DNA from: a virus
Taxonomy: Duplodnaviria > Caudoviricetes
DNA: 64,000 nucleotides
Virus record (IMG/VR): IMGVR_UViG_3300012979_001162
Location: 98,649 to 162,648 of that record
Direction: 5' to 3' (one strand)
Below the pieces are notes generated by a model. The model did not search any database, was not told where the DNA came from, and was given only the letters and a program-made list of their open reading frames with translations. Positions 8,517 to 18,231 of the stretch are shown here, in pieces. Positions within the stretch are counted from its first letter, which is position 1. Each line of letters opens with the position of its first letter. Both the position numbers and the translations under genes were made by a program.

Positions 8517-8753
8517 TCATTCATAGTCCTCTCTATACTCGCAATCATAACGTTCTTTTTCAAACTTCTCGCAGATATTGAAGAACATCCGTCTTGCTTC
8601 TGCATTTGTAAGACACACTTTCGTTTCTGTCTCAGGTGCTGCGTCAAACCAACCACTTCGGTATGAACGAACAGTTGTAACTACATTATCATCGCAATAT
8701 ACTGCGTCGTAGATGATACATTCGTTACCATAGTGCTTATATTTCGCTTTCAT
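8517..8753 (-). CDS. hypothetical protein
   Basis: ORF coupled to upstream gene. Confidence 0.6.
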   Translation of the reverse strand: MKAKYKHYGNECIIYDAVYCDDNVVTTVRSYRSGWFDAAPETETKVCLTNAEARRMFFNICEKFEKERYDCEYREDYE

Positions 8754-9103
8754 TCGGTTACCTCACTTTCGAGCCATTCCCTCACATCTCCTGCTTGAAC
8801 ATCGCAAAACTTTGCAAATTTGCATTCACTACACCACTGGTGTCCATTCATCAGACACACATCATTTTCTGCGATGGCTTCAAAGATTTCCGTAAGTTCA
8901 TCTATGCTCATTGCTTTGATGCGTTCAAAGTTTGTCATTCTGTGGGTATTAGCGTCTGCTACATCTAATACAGTTGTGTTTTGGCAGATATATGAGTTTT
9001 GTGCCAAGTCTATGAACTTTTCTTTCGGTAAGTCCATCACCTCGCCGAAGTTCATGGTACAGATGAATTGGTCGGTGCGGACTATTATTTTGTTAGTTTT
9101 CAT
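8750..9103 (-). CDS. hypothetical protein
   Basis: ORF with RBS; contains MTNFERIKAMSIDEL...EWLESE segment typical of phage small proteins. Confidence 0.7.
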   Translation of the reverse strand: MKTNKIIVRTDQFICTMNFGEVMDLPKEKFIDLAQNSYICQNTTVLDVADANTHRMTNFERIKAMSIDELTEIFEAIAENDVCLMNGHQWCSECKFAKFCDVQAGDVREWLESEVTE

Positions 9104-9414
9104 TTGAGTTCCTCCTTGTAGTTCTTGACATTCATCAAGAGCTCAACAACCTGCTCGGGAGTAAGATAGCCTGCGACCATACCGTCAGAGTCGCACCCCT
9201 CAGGCAAGAATCGGTCAATATCGGCAAAGTTATTACCTTTAATAACCGCAACCTCTGCGGTGTTAGACTCTGCGTCTTTGGAAAATGTAAAGTCCATATC
9301 TTTAGGAAAATGGTTATCGCAGTAATTTCCTGCGCCCCACTGAACGGACACTTCAAGTCCGTTTTCAAAGGTGATATGGAAACCTTTTCGCATAGTGGAT
9401 ACGAATTTCTTCAT
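9100..9414 (-). CDS. hypothetical protein
   Basis: ORF with GGAGG RBS. Confidence 0.7.
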   Translation of the reverse strand: MKKFVSTMRKGFHITFENGLEVSVQWGAGNYCDNHFPKDMDFTFSKDAESNTAEVAVIKGNNFADIDRFLPEGCDSDGMVAGYLTPEQVVELLMNVKNYKEELK

Positions 9415-9548
9415 TTGTTAAAATCCTCCGTTTATTAAAGTTATTGGTTATACAAAAGCAACCATACTCCAAACATAGATGCCTACGAGTATGGGAATTG
9501 CGATAATTATTTCCGCAAGAATGATTGCGGTTAGGGTTTTGATTAGTT

Positions 9549-9890
9549 TCATTCGGTTACCTCCTTATTTGTCCACAAATCATTGTGGATATTTTTAAGA
9601 ACATAGTCATAGATTTTCGCTTCATTGCCGACCAACCAACCGATTGACAGTGCAAGCCAATGCTCTTGTGTTTTGGGGTTGATTACAAGCAATCCGTGAC
9701 CACAAGAATCAATATCTGCGTGTAGATTTTCAGGCTTTTCTTCTGCCCAATGCCACCAATTACAGAGGTCAAAAATATCCTCAGCATCAAAGGTTTCAAC
9801 CTCTGCATACCCAAGATGTCGTGGTGTCATAATATGAGTTATACGACCATCTTCAATGACTTGGTCAAAGTGAAAAATATTTACTTTCAT
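9549..9890 (-). CDS. hypothetical protein
   Basis: ORF with GAGGAG RBS. Confidence 0.7.
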   Translation of the reverse strand: MKVNIFHFDQVIEDGRITHIMTPRHLGYAEVETFDAEDIFDLCNWWHWAEEKPENLHADIDSCGHGLLVINPKTQEHWLALSIGWLVGNEAKIYDYVLKNIHNDLWTNKEVTE

Positions 9891-9891
9891 A

Positions 9892-10143
9892 TCAGTTTCT
9901 CCTCATCTTTTCCCATTTTGCTTTTGTGGCAAGACCGCCTCGCATAGTTCGTTCGGCATAATTCACGTCAAGAACTCTTGAAGCTTCTACGGCAAGAGCG
10001 TGATTAATATGAGGCAGTTTATCTCTTATGTCTTTGTGAATTGCAGACTTACTGCGTCCAAAGTATTTGCCCGCTTGTCTTACTGTTGCGTTGTTCTCAA
10101 CGATGTACTGTGCCTCACGGCAAATAAGTTCGTGGTTTCTCAT
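9892..10143 (-). CDS. spoIIID: SpoIIID-like sporulation transcription regulator
   Basis: YIVENNATVRQAGKYFGRSKSAIHKDI..KLPHIN..LA......LD.N..ER.MRGG.ATK follows the SpoIIID pattern over the whole 83 aa. Confidence 0.88.
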   Translation of the reverse strand: MRNHELICREAQYIVENNATVRQAGKYFGRSKSAIHKDIRDKLPHINHALAVEASRVLDVNYAERTMRGGLATKAKWEKMRRN

Positions 10144-10144
10144 A

Positions 10145-10495
10145 TTATTTTACCTCTCTTTCGTCAAGTGTGACGTATTTCATAAGTTCGTCCATATCGA
10201 ACTTAAACTCTGGGAAAAGACAAAATCCGCTCGGCTGCATTCTTCCCGTCAAGTTTCCGAGTTTGTTCTCGATGAGCCATAACAAGATTTTCTCTCCGCA
10301 ATTGTTAGTGTCAATAAATGCACAATCTTCGGCACATTTAACACTAAGGTTTACGGTTAGGTCGCCATATGGCTCTGGGTATCCCTCATAGTGAGTTCTC
10401 ATACCCACATAGAGATTGTTGTTTTCGGCATAGTTTGCCAAGTGAAATGTGATAGGGTGATCTGCACCCCATGCATTAAGTGTTAATCTTTGCAT
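10145..10495 (-). CDS. DUF4313-like protein
   Basis: YAENNNLYVG...EPYGDLTVNL...AFIDTNN...SGFC.FP pattern. Confidence 0.7.
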   Translation of the reverse strand: MQRLTLNAWGADHPITFHLANYAENNNLYVGMRTHYEGYPEPYGDLTVNLSVKCAEDCAFIDTNNCGEKILLWLIENKLGNLTGRMQPSGFCLFPEFKFDMDELMKYVTLDEREVK

Positions 10496-10507
10496 AGCAT
10501 TTTCTCC

Positions 10508-10825
10508 TTAAAATCCGTTTTTGTTATATTCCCATCGAATATCGAGGGTATGGTAGTGAATGAGGCTATCCCACGCTTGGCGGATAACCTCGCCGAATGT
10601 GCAAACTATGTTACCCATTGTTTTGGATTTCCATTTGTATTTGGCATCTTCGTCTTCCTCGCTTTCGTCAATTTCCTCTATCTCACATATATCCCAATAT
10701 ATGTGTTTTACCCCTCGTTGAATGGCTTTGCGTTTTGCTTCACTTTTGTCTTTTGCATTGACAAATTGCACAGTTACTCTGCCGCAAATCATATCTTCTT
10801 TAAATGTTACCCTGAAGAGTTTCAT
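10508..10825 (-). CDS. hypothetical protein
   Basis: ORF; start moved to ATG 10825. Confidence 0.6.
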   Translation of the reverse strand: MKLFRVTFKEDMICGRVTVQFVNAKDKSEAKRKAIQRGVKHIYWDICEIEEIDESEEDEDAKYKWKSKTMGNIVCTFGEVIRQAWDSLIHYHTLDIRWEYNKNGF

Positions 10826-10920
10826 TATTTTCCCTCTCTTTCTTTTCTTCTTCAAGACACGACTTGCAATTATCAGTGCAGTTCGTGATTTGATTGCATA
10901 TAGGACAATATTTGGGCATA

Positions 10921-11220
10921 TTACAGTTCCTCCACTTTGACAAGGTCAATATATACGCCGTGATTGCCGCAACAAGTCAGATTGTGGGCCTCGGCATATT
11001 CGTCAACTGTTTCGCCTGCATCACAAAGATCAAAAATCTCATAATAGTCGGCGCAAAGTCCGGGCAGATATTCTTGGCAGTAATCTGCAACAAGGTCTAC
11101 GGCTTGAGATGGATCATAAGCATAAACGTGGAATTCTTGGAGCCACGCAGTGCCCGTGCCGATGAATACGGCATAATAACGTTCGCCGTGGCTGCCTTGG
11201 TTAATTTCAATGATAGACAT
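10921..11220 (-). CDS. hypothetical protein
   Basis: ATG 11220 with AAAGGAG RBS. Confidence 0.7.
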   Translation of the reverse strand: MSIIEINQGSHGERYYAVFIGTGTAWLQEFHVYAYDPSQAVDLVADYCQEYLPGLCADYYEIFDLCDAGETVDEYAEAHNLTCCGNHGVYIDLVKVEEL

Positions 11221-11278
11221 AGTATCACTCCTTTCAATTAAAAAAGACCATCTTGCGATAGTCTTAAGTTGCGTTTGT

Positions 11279-11524
11279 TTAGTTTGCGATAGCAAGCTCT
11301 TCCTCGATGTCACGTTTGATGCGCTGGCGAATCTCATTTGGGTGCAATTCAAGCTGCTCGGCAACAATAATAGATTTGCCTTTGGTGATAAGCTCCATTC
11401 GAGAAGAGCGTAGGTCTTTCAGAATCTGCTGACGTTCCTCGTATGTGATTCCGTCCTCAAAATAGTCTTTCATTGCCTGCATAAGTATAGCACAGGCAAG
11501 GTCTTTGATGTTTTCGTCATTCAT
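11279..11524 (-). CDS. hypothetical protein
   Basis: ATG 11524 with GGAGG RBS. Confidence 0.65.
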   Translation of the reverse strand: MNDENIKDLACAILMQAMKDYFEDGITYEERQQILKDLRSSRMELITKGKSIIVAEQLELHPNEIRQRIKRDIEEELAIAN

Positions 11525-11622
11525 TTGTTTATACCTCCGTGATAGGACACGACCCATAAAATTTCCGTGGTTTAAGCCCACAACAAAAGGCACTACCGAA
11601 GTAATGCCCTTGACTTGCAGGT

Positions 11623-11826
11623 TTAAGCAACAATGTTTTCTACAGAAACTCCGCAATACTTTGCAAAGCATTCAATGGCGTCCTTGTCGGTTTCAACACC
11701 GATAATTGACGACGACGGAAACGACGGTGTATACATAAAGTAATCGGCGTAACCGTGCTTATAAAGACTGCACCTATGACCATTTTTCGTGCATTCTGCG
11801 AGCAGTCCTCTCTTTGCGTCAAGCAT
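11623..11826 (-). CDS. hypothetical protein
   Basis: AAGGAGG RBS. Confidence 0.6.
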   Translation of the reverse strand: MLDAKRGLLAECTKNGHRCSLYKHGYADYFMYTPSFPSSSIIGVETDKDAIECFAKYCGVSVENIVA

Positions 11827-11841
11827 AATTATTCCTCCTTT

Positions 11842-12132
11842 TTATGCAACAAGTTCTTTAAATCTTATACCAAGATAAACCTCAATTAGTGCGGGATCGT
11901 AGCCGCAAAGATGGCAGAATGTGCGACAAGCCGCAACTTGCCCTGCGTGCCACTTAAAGAATTTTGCTCCGCTGATTACGCTCGGAAGTGAGCCAACGAG
12001 CGTTTCAAGGTTGTTTACCCATATAGCACCACCAAAGATAGGGATTGCGTTTGGATACTTTTCGTCAAGGGCTTCAATGGCTTTTTGGGTCATAGTTGGT
12101 TCTATTGGTTCGGACCATTCTTTTGATAACAT
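11842..12132 (-). CDS. hypothetical protein
   Basis: AGGAGG RBS. Confidence 0.65.
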   Translation of the reverse strand: MLSKEWSEPIEPTMTQKAIEALDEKYPNAIPIFGGAIWVNNLETLVGSLPSVISGAKFFKWHAGQVAACRTFCHLCGYDPALIEVYLGIRFKELVA

Positions 12133-12148
12133 AGTTATACCTCCTAAA

Positions 12149-12328
12149 TTATCGGCATATGCCGTTGAGTATTTGATAAAATATATTCCACCAAGAGCCG
12201 CGGTTTGCTTCTATTGGTGCAAAAAGATCAATAGCACACGCAGTTAAGTATATAATTACGAGTGCAAGTATAATTGCTTTGATTGGGTGCTCGAATATCC
12301 AGTCGAGCAAGTCTGCAAATGTTGTCAT
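12149..12328 (-). CDS. small membrane protein
   Basis: ATG 12328 with GAGGT RBS; hydrophobic segment IKAIILALVIIYLTACAI. Confidence 0.55.
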   Translation of the reverse strand: MTTFADLLDWIFEHPIKAIILALVIIYLTACAIDLFAPIEANRGSWWNIFYQILNGICR

Positions 12329-13300
12329 AGTTTTATACCTCAGATTTAATGTATTTTTTTGTGCATTTGAGTACACAATGAAGAGGATAAGCATACACTT
12401 ATCCTCTCGAATTCTGTATTCAAACGGTCTATTTAGTGCAGATTGGTTTACGCACAACCCAAACCCTACCACCCTCGGAAATGCTACAATTCTTGCGTTT
12501 TGCGGCACTTCTTTTCATTATGCGATATTCAATCTGTACCTAACAGGATAGACCTATCCTGCGGGAGTTATCACAATTCCTTGGGTTTCGCCTGCAACCC
12601 GTTCCGACTCGGCATATGGCACTTTGTGCTTTTACCGTAAGATTTCACCCTTTGGGCATAGAAATCTTGTGTGTCGGGAATGCCGCAAAAATGCGGTCTT
12701 ATATCGCTCTAAATTCAGGTACACCGTTTACCACAGTGTTCGTTTTTATCCCGTTCAAGACGGGCGTCTGTCTGGCGACTCGACGCTTTCGACGGCAAGA
12801 TATATATAATCTGTGTGTACCGCCTACCCTACTAATAGGTATAACTATCCCGTATGTATCACCGTTTCTTTGTATCGGTATCCGCAGTTTCAACAAGTGT
12901 CACGCAAGGCATAGTTATCCTATCTTGCTGACTTACGGATATAGGTTGGGCGTTCTGCTTTGCAACGGTATCGCACCGTTCAACCTATGAATTTTCAATG
13001 AACAAACGCAGCACAATAAAGCCCTCGGTCAACGGGGGTTCGGTTCGTGTGCGGTCTTATGGTATACCCTTTACGTTTTTGTGTTTTGATGCGTTGCATA
13101 TTGCACAAAATCCCCGTTATGCGTTGCATTTTGTGGGGGTGCTGGGGGTTCGGTTTTCGTGCGTTCTAATGCGTGAAAACGGATTTTTTACACAAATATT
13201 TTTAATTCGTGCGTGTTAAAAAAATACCATAAACAAAACACACAATAATTTTTGTATGCTTTGTTTGTGCTATTTTTCAAAAGATTATAAAACGCAAATT

Positions 13301-13334
13301 AGGACTACCGCATTTTTTGGCGGTAGTCCTTTTT
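13301..13334. terminator. intrinsic terminator-like hairpin
   Basis: AGGACTACCGC-loop-GCGGTAGTCCT followed by T run on +; lies just past the stop of 13347..14207. Confidence 0.7.
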
Positions 13335-13346
13335 GAATTTGCTTTT

Positions 13347-14207
13347 TTACTTATTTTCGATAACTTTATAAATTGTGCTTTTGTCGTTTGTCGGTAACTT
13401 GTAACCATTGAACGCATAACGATATACAATAGCTAATGCGTTCATTACCGCATTTGTATCCGCTATTGTCAATTTGCCGAATTTGTTACGATTGCAAATA
13501 ATTTGAAAAATTGCTTTTGCGTGATATGCGGTAACTTTTGCGGAATTTTCACCAACAAAATAATTGAAAATCATTTCGATTTGTTCATTGTATCCGCTAT
13601 TGCTTGACTTGTCAAATGGATTGCTTTTGCCGTTTTCGGTGCAAATTTCAGTCACTTTATTAAAAGTTTTTGTATAGTTTGCGTTAGGTTTAAAATCCGC
13701 CTTTTCTTCAATGTTAGTGTATTTTCTTGCAGTGTGTGTTATCAAATCACAATAACCCACACCTAAATCGCCAAAAAAGTGTTTAATTGCTTTTTGTTTA
13801 TCCTCTTTAGGTTTTTTGTCGGTGTGTGCGTTTGCGTGATATTCACAACGTGCTTTGAAAATATCCTTGAAGAAAATAGGCTTTTCAGTGGTTGATATTT
13901 CAATAAGTCCGCTATCATTGATAGATAACTCTTGAATTTCAACGCTTACCGCATTTTTTACCGCCTTTTCAATTTCCTTTTCGGAAATACCGCTAATAAG
14001 TTTTACATTGAAAAATGCGTTGATAAAATCCGCTTTTTCAAGTGTTGCTAACTTATAACAAAATTCTGAAATAATGGCGTTGTTTTCCTCTGTTGCCTTT
14101 TCCAAAATTTCATTTGGAATTGTGGTATAACTTGCATTTTCAATTGCATTTGCATTTTCTACCATTTGAACCATAGTTAAGTTTGCGTTTGTGTTTGTGT
14201 TTTTCAT
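13347..14207 (-). CDS. hypothetical protein (286 aa), first gene of the leftward arm
   Basis: Long ORF with AGAGG RBS. Confidence 0.85.
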   Translation of the reverse strand: MKNTNTNANLTMVQMVENANAIENASYTTIPNEILEKATEENNAIISEFCYKLATLEKADFINAFFNVKLISGISEKEIEKAVKNAVSVEIQELSINDSGLIEISTTEKPIFFKDIFKARCEYHANAHTDKKPKEDKQKAIKHFFGDLGVGYCDLITHTARKYTNIEEKADFKPNANYTKTFNKVTEICTENGKSNPFDKSSNSGYNEQIEMIFNYFVGENSAKVTAYHAKAIFQIICNRNKFGKLTIADTNAVMNALAIVYRYAFNGYKLPTNDKSTIYKVIENK

Positions 14208-15726
14208 AAAATACCTCTTTTCCCCGCTTTTGCGGAATTAAAAAAATAATGTATGCATATTGTAATATGCACCACAAAAACAACAAAGTTATTTATTGCC
14301 TTTGTGGTACACATTACCCACAAACAACAGTTACACAATTTATAAAATTTTCAATGAACAAACACATAGTGCTAATGCGTTGCATTTGCTTTTGTGCGTT
14401 GCACCTATAAAGCGGACTATGTGCGATATTTGACAAATACACTTTTTCCATTTTTTACCAAAATATCAAAATTTGTCAAAAATCTATTGCGGTAGAGGGT
14501 GGCGGATTTTTCCGCTTTTCCCCTTGCCTTGATACTATTATACCACTACCACAAAAAATTCAAATTTTTTGCTATATGGGGCGTAGTTTAAACCGTAGAT
14601 AATGCCTTGTATCCGAGCCGGATCAAAGGGTAGTCTTTTTAGACACTGACTGCAAAATAAAAGGCTTAAAATATCTTCAAATCCACCCCCTCAAAACACT
14701 CTTATATTTACAACACACCGCTACCTCACGTCTCACTCCATTCCACAACCTTCAATTCCACTCTCACTTTACCTCACCTAACTTTTCCACAACCTATCCC
14801 CCAGCAAATCCCTACCATATCCCCACTTATCCACATCACTTTTCCACAGCCAAAATCCAAATCGCCAAAACCACAGCCAAACCCAATACTAATTCGCATT
14901 TCCGAAATACCACCCCTCCAAACTACTTCGGATTTCCGAAATGGTTTACAATCCAAGCCTTTTCCTATCTAAAAGCCACATTCTAACCCACGCCCCAAAT
15001 AACCTCCCATCTAACCCCAACGCCTCACCCTCTCCAAGCAAAACCCTCGTCAAATCCATTCTGAGTCCCAAAATACCCAACTACTTAACCTTACCGGGGG
15101 TACTTTTAAACTACACAGATACAGAGTCCCTACTCTACGGTATAGGGCACATATACCCGAAATCCCAAATACCAAGTTCTCCAATTCGTTATAAATAATA
15201 TATAATATGTCTAACTGAATCCCACTTCACTGAATCCCAGTTCAGTATAGGGGTACGTTAAAACTAAACCCAGATCCAATATCCCATACCAAGTACCCAA
15301 TAAATAAAAACGCCAAATCCGTTTTTAATTACCCAAAATTCCTACTCCAAACCCAATATCCGTATATTAAAAACGAGAAATCCGTTTTTATGTAAAAGTC
15401 CACACCTAACCCATTTCTGCGGATAATTACAAAGAATATATTTATTCGACAGGGATGCGTTAGCAGCCCTGAAGGAAGGAGCTTGTAAAGCGACTTCCTA
15501 TAGCGACGCAGTCAACAATAAGTATTATATATAATATATAGAGGAGCCAAGCCCAACCAATAACCCCTTTTAAGAACAACCCCTTTATGACATACCAAAC
15601 CACCACTACCCTATCCAACAACCCATTCCAAGAGCAATAACTCCCAAAAATATTATTTACTTTAGGAAATAATATTAATTCTATATCAATATCTATATCA
15701 TTATCATTCTCTATATCTATATCAGT

Positions 15727-15895
15727 GGTTATTGTTAGGTTATTGTAGGTTATTGTTTCGACTAGTCTTTTCCTATATATTTATAAAATGGGTGCAATAA
15801 CCTAATGCAATAACTCTGCAATAACTATGCCTTTTTGGTTTTTGCAATCAGTTTTTGCAATAATTGTAAACAAATTGTAAATAAATACAATAACC
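15727..15895. repeat. iteron-like CAATAAC repeats (candidate origin or autoregulatory sites)
   Basis: GGTTATTG at 15727, 15738, 15748; TGCAATAAC at 15793, 15806, 15817; CAATAACC at 15888. Confidence 0.65.
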
Positions 15896-15950
15896 TATTG
15901 ACTTATTGTAGGTTTTGGTATATACTACACTCGAACAAAACAAAATGATT
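15864..15950 (+). promoter_or_regulatory. sigmaA-type promoter with TTGTAAA direct repeat and ACAAAATGATT box
   Basis: TTGTAAA at 15864/15875; TTGACT(15898)-17-TATACT; ACAAAATGATT at 15940. Confidence 0.75.
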
Positions 15951-15962
15951 GGAGGAAAGCCT

Positions 15963-16346
15963 ATGGCTAAATATGAAAACTTCGTGTTTTATGGAAGTTG
16001 GAAAGAGCATCTTGATGGGCTACGAGCTCTCTGCGGCGATGATGTTGCCAAAGAGGTTGTGTGGCAGATTGTCAACTACGGTACATCTAAGGAGTTCGAT
16101 ACCGACGACCAAAAGATTATTGATATGGTCAACGGTATGTGCCGAGACCTTATTACCTCTGCCAAGAAGCGCAGACTAGCTTCTATTGAGAATGGTCAAC
16201 AAGGCGGCAGACCAAAGAAGTATAAACTGGAAGATATGCTCGCTCTACGAGATGCCGGTTTATCAGACCAAGAGATTGCCGACAATCTTGGCTGCGACGT
16301 GAGAACTGTACGCAAAACTTTAAAAGAAGCAGACGATGAAATCTGA
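15963..16346 (+). CDS. DUF6291-like protein with C-terminal HTH (replication-initiator-like N-domain)
   Basis: FVFYGSW...IVNYG...ENGQQGGRPKK; HTH GLSDQEIADNLGCDVRTVRK. Confidence 0.7.
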   Translation: MAKYENFVFYGSWKEHLDGLRALCGDDVAKEVVWQIVNYGTSKEFDTDDQKIIDMVNGMCRDLITSAKKRRLASIENGQQGGRPKKYKLEDMLALRDAGLSDQEIADNLGCDVRTVRKTLKEADDEI

Positions 16347-16358
16347 GGCGGTGATGAT

Positions 16359-16850
16359 ATGCAAGATATTTATACAATAGATGGAAAAAATTTTGCCAAA
16401 TATAATCCAGAACTTGATTGGAGCGGAAAACTCTTTGAACAATATGAAGAGATTTCTCCAATAAGTAGGCGTGCCGGGGTGTATGCTTTTACTCTTTGTG
16501 GAGAAGTAGTATATGTTGGCTCTAGTATTAACTTGTTTGGGCGACTTCAAACCCATATTGCTCATATGCAAGGGAAAACAAACCGAAATAGTACGAGTAT
16601 TGATCGGAAAAAATATTATTATCTCAATAAGTATTTGCCGTATGTACAATTTGAGATTCTTTACTTTTATGATAAGTTTGTATCTAAAAGCCAACTGGAA
16701 GAAAAAGAGTATGAACTTATAAATCAATACTGTCCAATTTTTAATGTTAACTATAAAGATAGATTAAAAAGATGGAACGGCTCCGAACAGGATATTGACA
16801 ACTTTGTTCATGAAATTACTTCTATGGATGATTTAAAAAGCAAATTATAA
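16359..16850 (+). CDS. GIY-YIG nuclease family protein
   Basis: GVYAF...YVGSS.NL..RL..H...E..LI....P.FN. Confidence 0.8.
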   Translation: MQDIYTIDGKNFAKYNPELDWSGKLFEQYEEISPISRRAGVYAFTLCGEVVYVGSSINLFGRLQTHIAHMQGKTNRNSTSIDRKKYYYLNKYLPYVQFEILYFYDKFVSKSQLEEKEYELINQYCPIFNVNYKDRLKRWNGSEQDIDNFVHEITSMDDLKSKL

Positions 16851-16887
16851 CACTACAAAATGATTAAAAGAAAGAAGGTGATGTATA

Positions 16888-17386
16888 ATGAGCATTAAGG
16901 TAATATTCCTTGATGTGGATTAGGGACGGCGTCCTCAACTCTAACGCCACGGAAGATATATTCAGAGGCTTCATTGGTCTCGACTACTCCGGCATTAAGT
17001 TGCTAAGAGAAATAGTTGACGCTACTAGTGCCGAGATTGTACTCGTGTCTAGCTGGAAGAGCAGATGGTATAAAGACCACAAGAATTGCCAAGACAATCT
17101 AGCAAACTACCTCGACCAAAGACTTGCCGAAGAAAACTTGAAGATATTAGATAAGACCGAAGGAAGTTCGTTGGACCGTGGCCACGGCATCGTAGACTGG
17201 CTCTCCGAGCACCCCACCGACTCTTGGATTGTCCTAGACGATGAAATCTTTGACGACTACGAGGAGTGTGGTATTATGCCCCACTTGGTCAAGACAAGTT
17301 TCTACGACGGTGGTCTTAAGGAGAAGCACGTAGAAATGGCTATAAATTTATTAAACAAAGAAACGGCTGGAAGGAGAATAAAATAA
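16888..17386 (+). pseudogene. HAD-family phosphatase (RNA-repair-type HAD) broken by a 7-nt insertion
   Basis: MSIKVIFLDVD ends at TAG 16921; DGVLNS...IVLVSSW...WIVLDD continues in another frame; removing 16918-16924 restores FLDVDGVLN. Confidence 0.7.
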
Positions 17387-17631
17387 TGAATACAACAGAA
17401 ATGAAACGCTGTCCTTTTTGTGGCGGTGAAGTCTTGTTTGAAAATAATTTCGCAAGATATAACGCAACTTACCACGGAGAATGTCAAAAATGTGGGATGG
17501 TATTTGAATATACTGAAAAGCATGAGGAACTATCCATAGATTACCCAGGACTCAACGAAACGAGAATATATCACAATATTATCAGACAACGCAACGCTCC
17601 GTTTATAGAAGTATGGAATAGTCGAGTGTAA
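17386..17631 (+). CDS. Lar-like zinc-ribbon protein
   Basis: KRCPFCGG...C..C...WNSR pattern. Confidence 0.6.
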   Translation: MNTTEMKRCPFCGGEVLFENNFARYNATYHGECQKCGMVFEYTEKHEELSIDYPGLNETRIYHNIIRQRNAPFIEVWNSRV

Positions 17632-17656
17632 AGAAATGGTTGGAAGGAGATTTAAA

Positions 17657-17998
17657 ATGAAGCTTAGTAAAATGACTTGGTTTAATGTTGCTGTAGCGGC
17701 ACTTTGTCTATTTTGTGGGATTTATTCCCTTTGTCGAGGTAATATATTAATTGGTATTTTAGATATTATTCTTGCTGCATTAAATTTGTATTGTGTTCTT
17801 AACTTTATTGCGGCGTGGTGGGAAAAGTCGGATAAAGTAAGACATAAGTTTATCTTTACGTGTCCAAAGTGTGACCATAAAATTATACCTACTTTTTGGT
17901 GTTGGATTTTTGTTCCACATCTTGGCAGTAAAAGATACTTTAAGTGTGATAGATGTAAACATTATAGTTGGATGAAGAGAAAGCAAAGAAGGAGATAG
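17657..17998 (+). CDS. membrane protein with C-terminal zinc ribbon
   Basis: Two hydrophobic helices, CPKC...CDRC. Confidence 0.65.
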   Translation: MKLSKMTWFNVAVAALCLFCGIYSLCRGNILIGILDIILAALNLYCVLNFIAAWWEKSDKVRHKFIFTCPKCDHKIIPTFWCWIFVPHLGSKRYFKCDRCKHYSWMKRKQRRR

Positions 17999-18003
17999 CA
18001 ACA

Positions 18004-18219
18004 ATGGTAAGTGAAAAATATCAATTCCCCAAAATAACACCCGAAATGCATAAAGAAATGCAGAAGTGGTATAAAAAGCACAATCACGGCAAGTGCGCTA
18101 AGAGATATCACGGTGCTATTGGCGGCGATGTGACATTTGAGATTACACCCACAAGTATCGGAAACTTTCTTACGGTGAGATGTACTTGTGGGGCTGAGTT
18201 AAACTATGAAGCATTATAA
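18004..18219 (+). CDS. hypothetical protein
   Basis: ATG 18004 with AAGGAG RBS. Confidence 0.6.
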   Translation: MVSEKYQFPKITPEMHKEMQKWYKKHNHGKCAKRYHGAIGGDVTFEITPTSIGNFLTVRCTCGAELNYEAL

Positions 18220-18231
18220 GGAGATAAAGTA

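Noticed and set aside
16918-16924. Stop-codon reassignment (TAG read-through)
   Set aside because: Read-through alone would not restore the frame, and long genes elsewhere are intact in the standard code.
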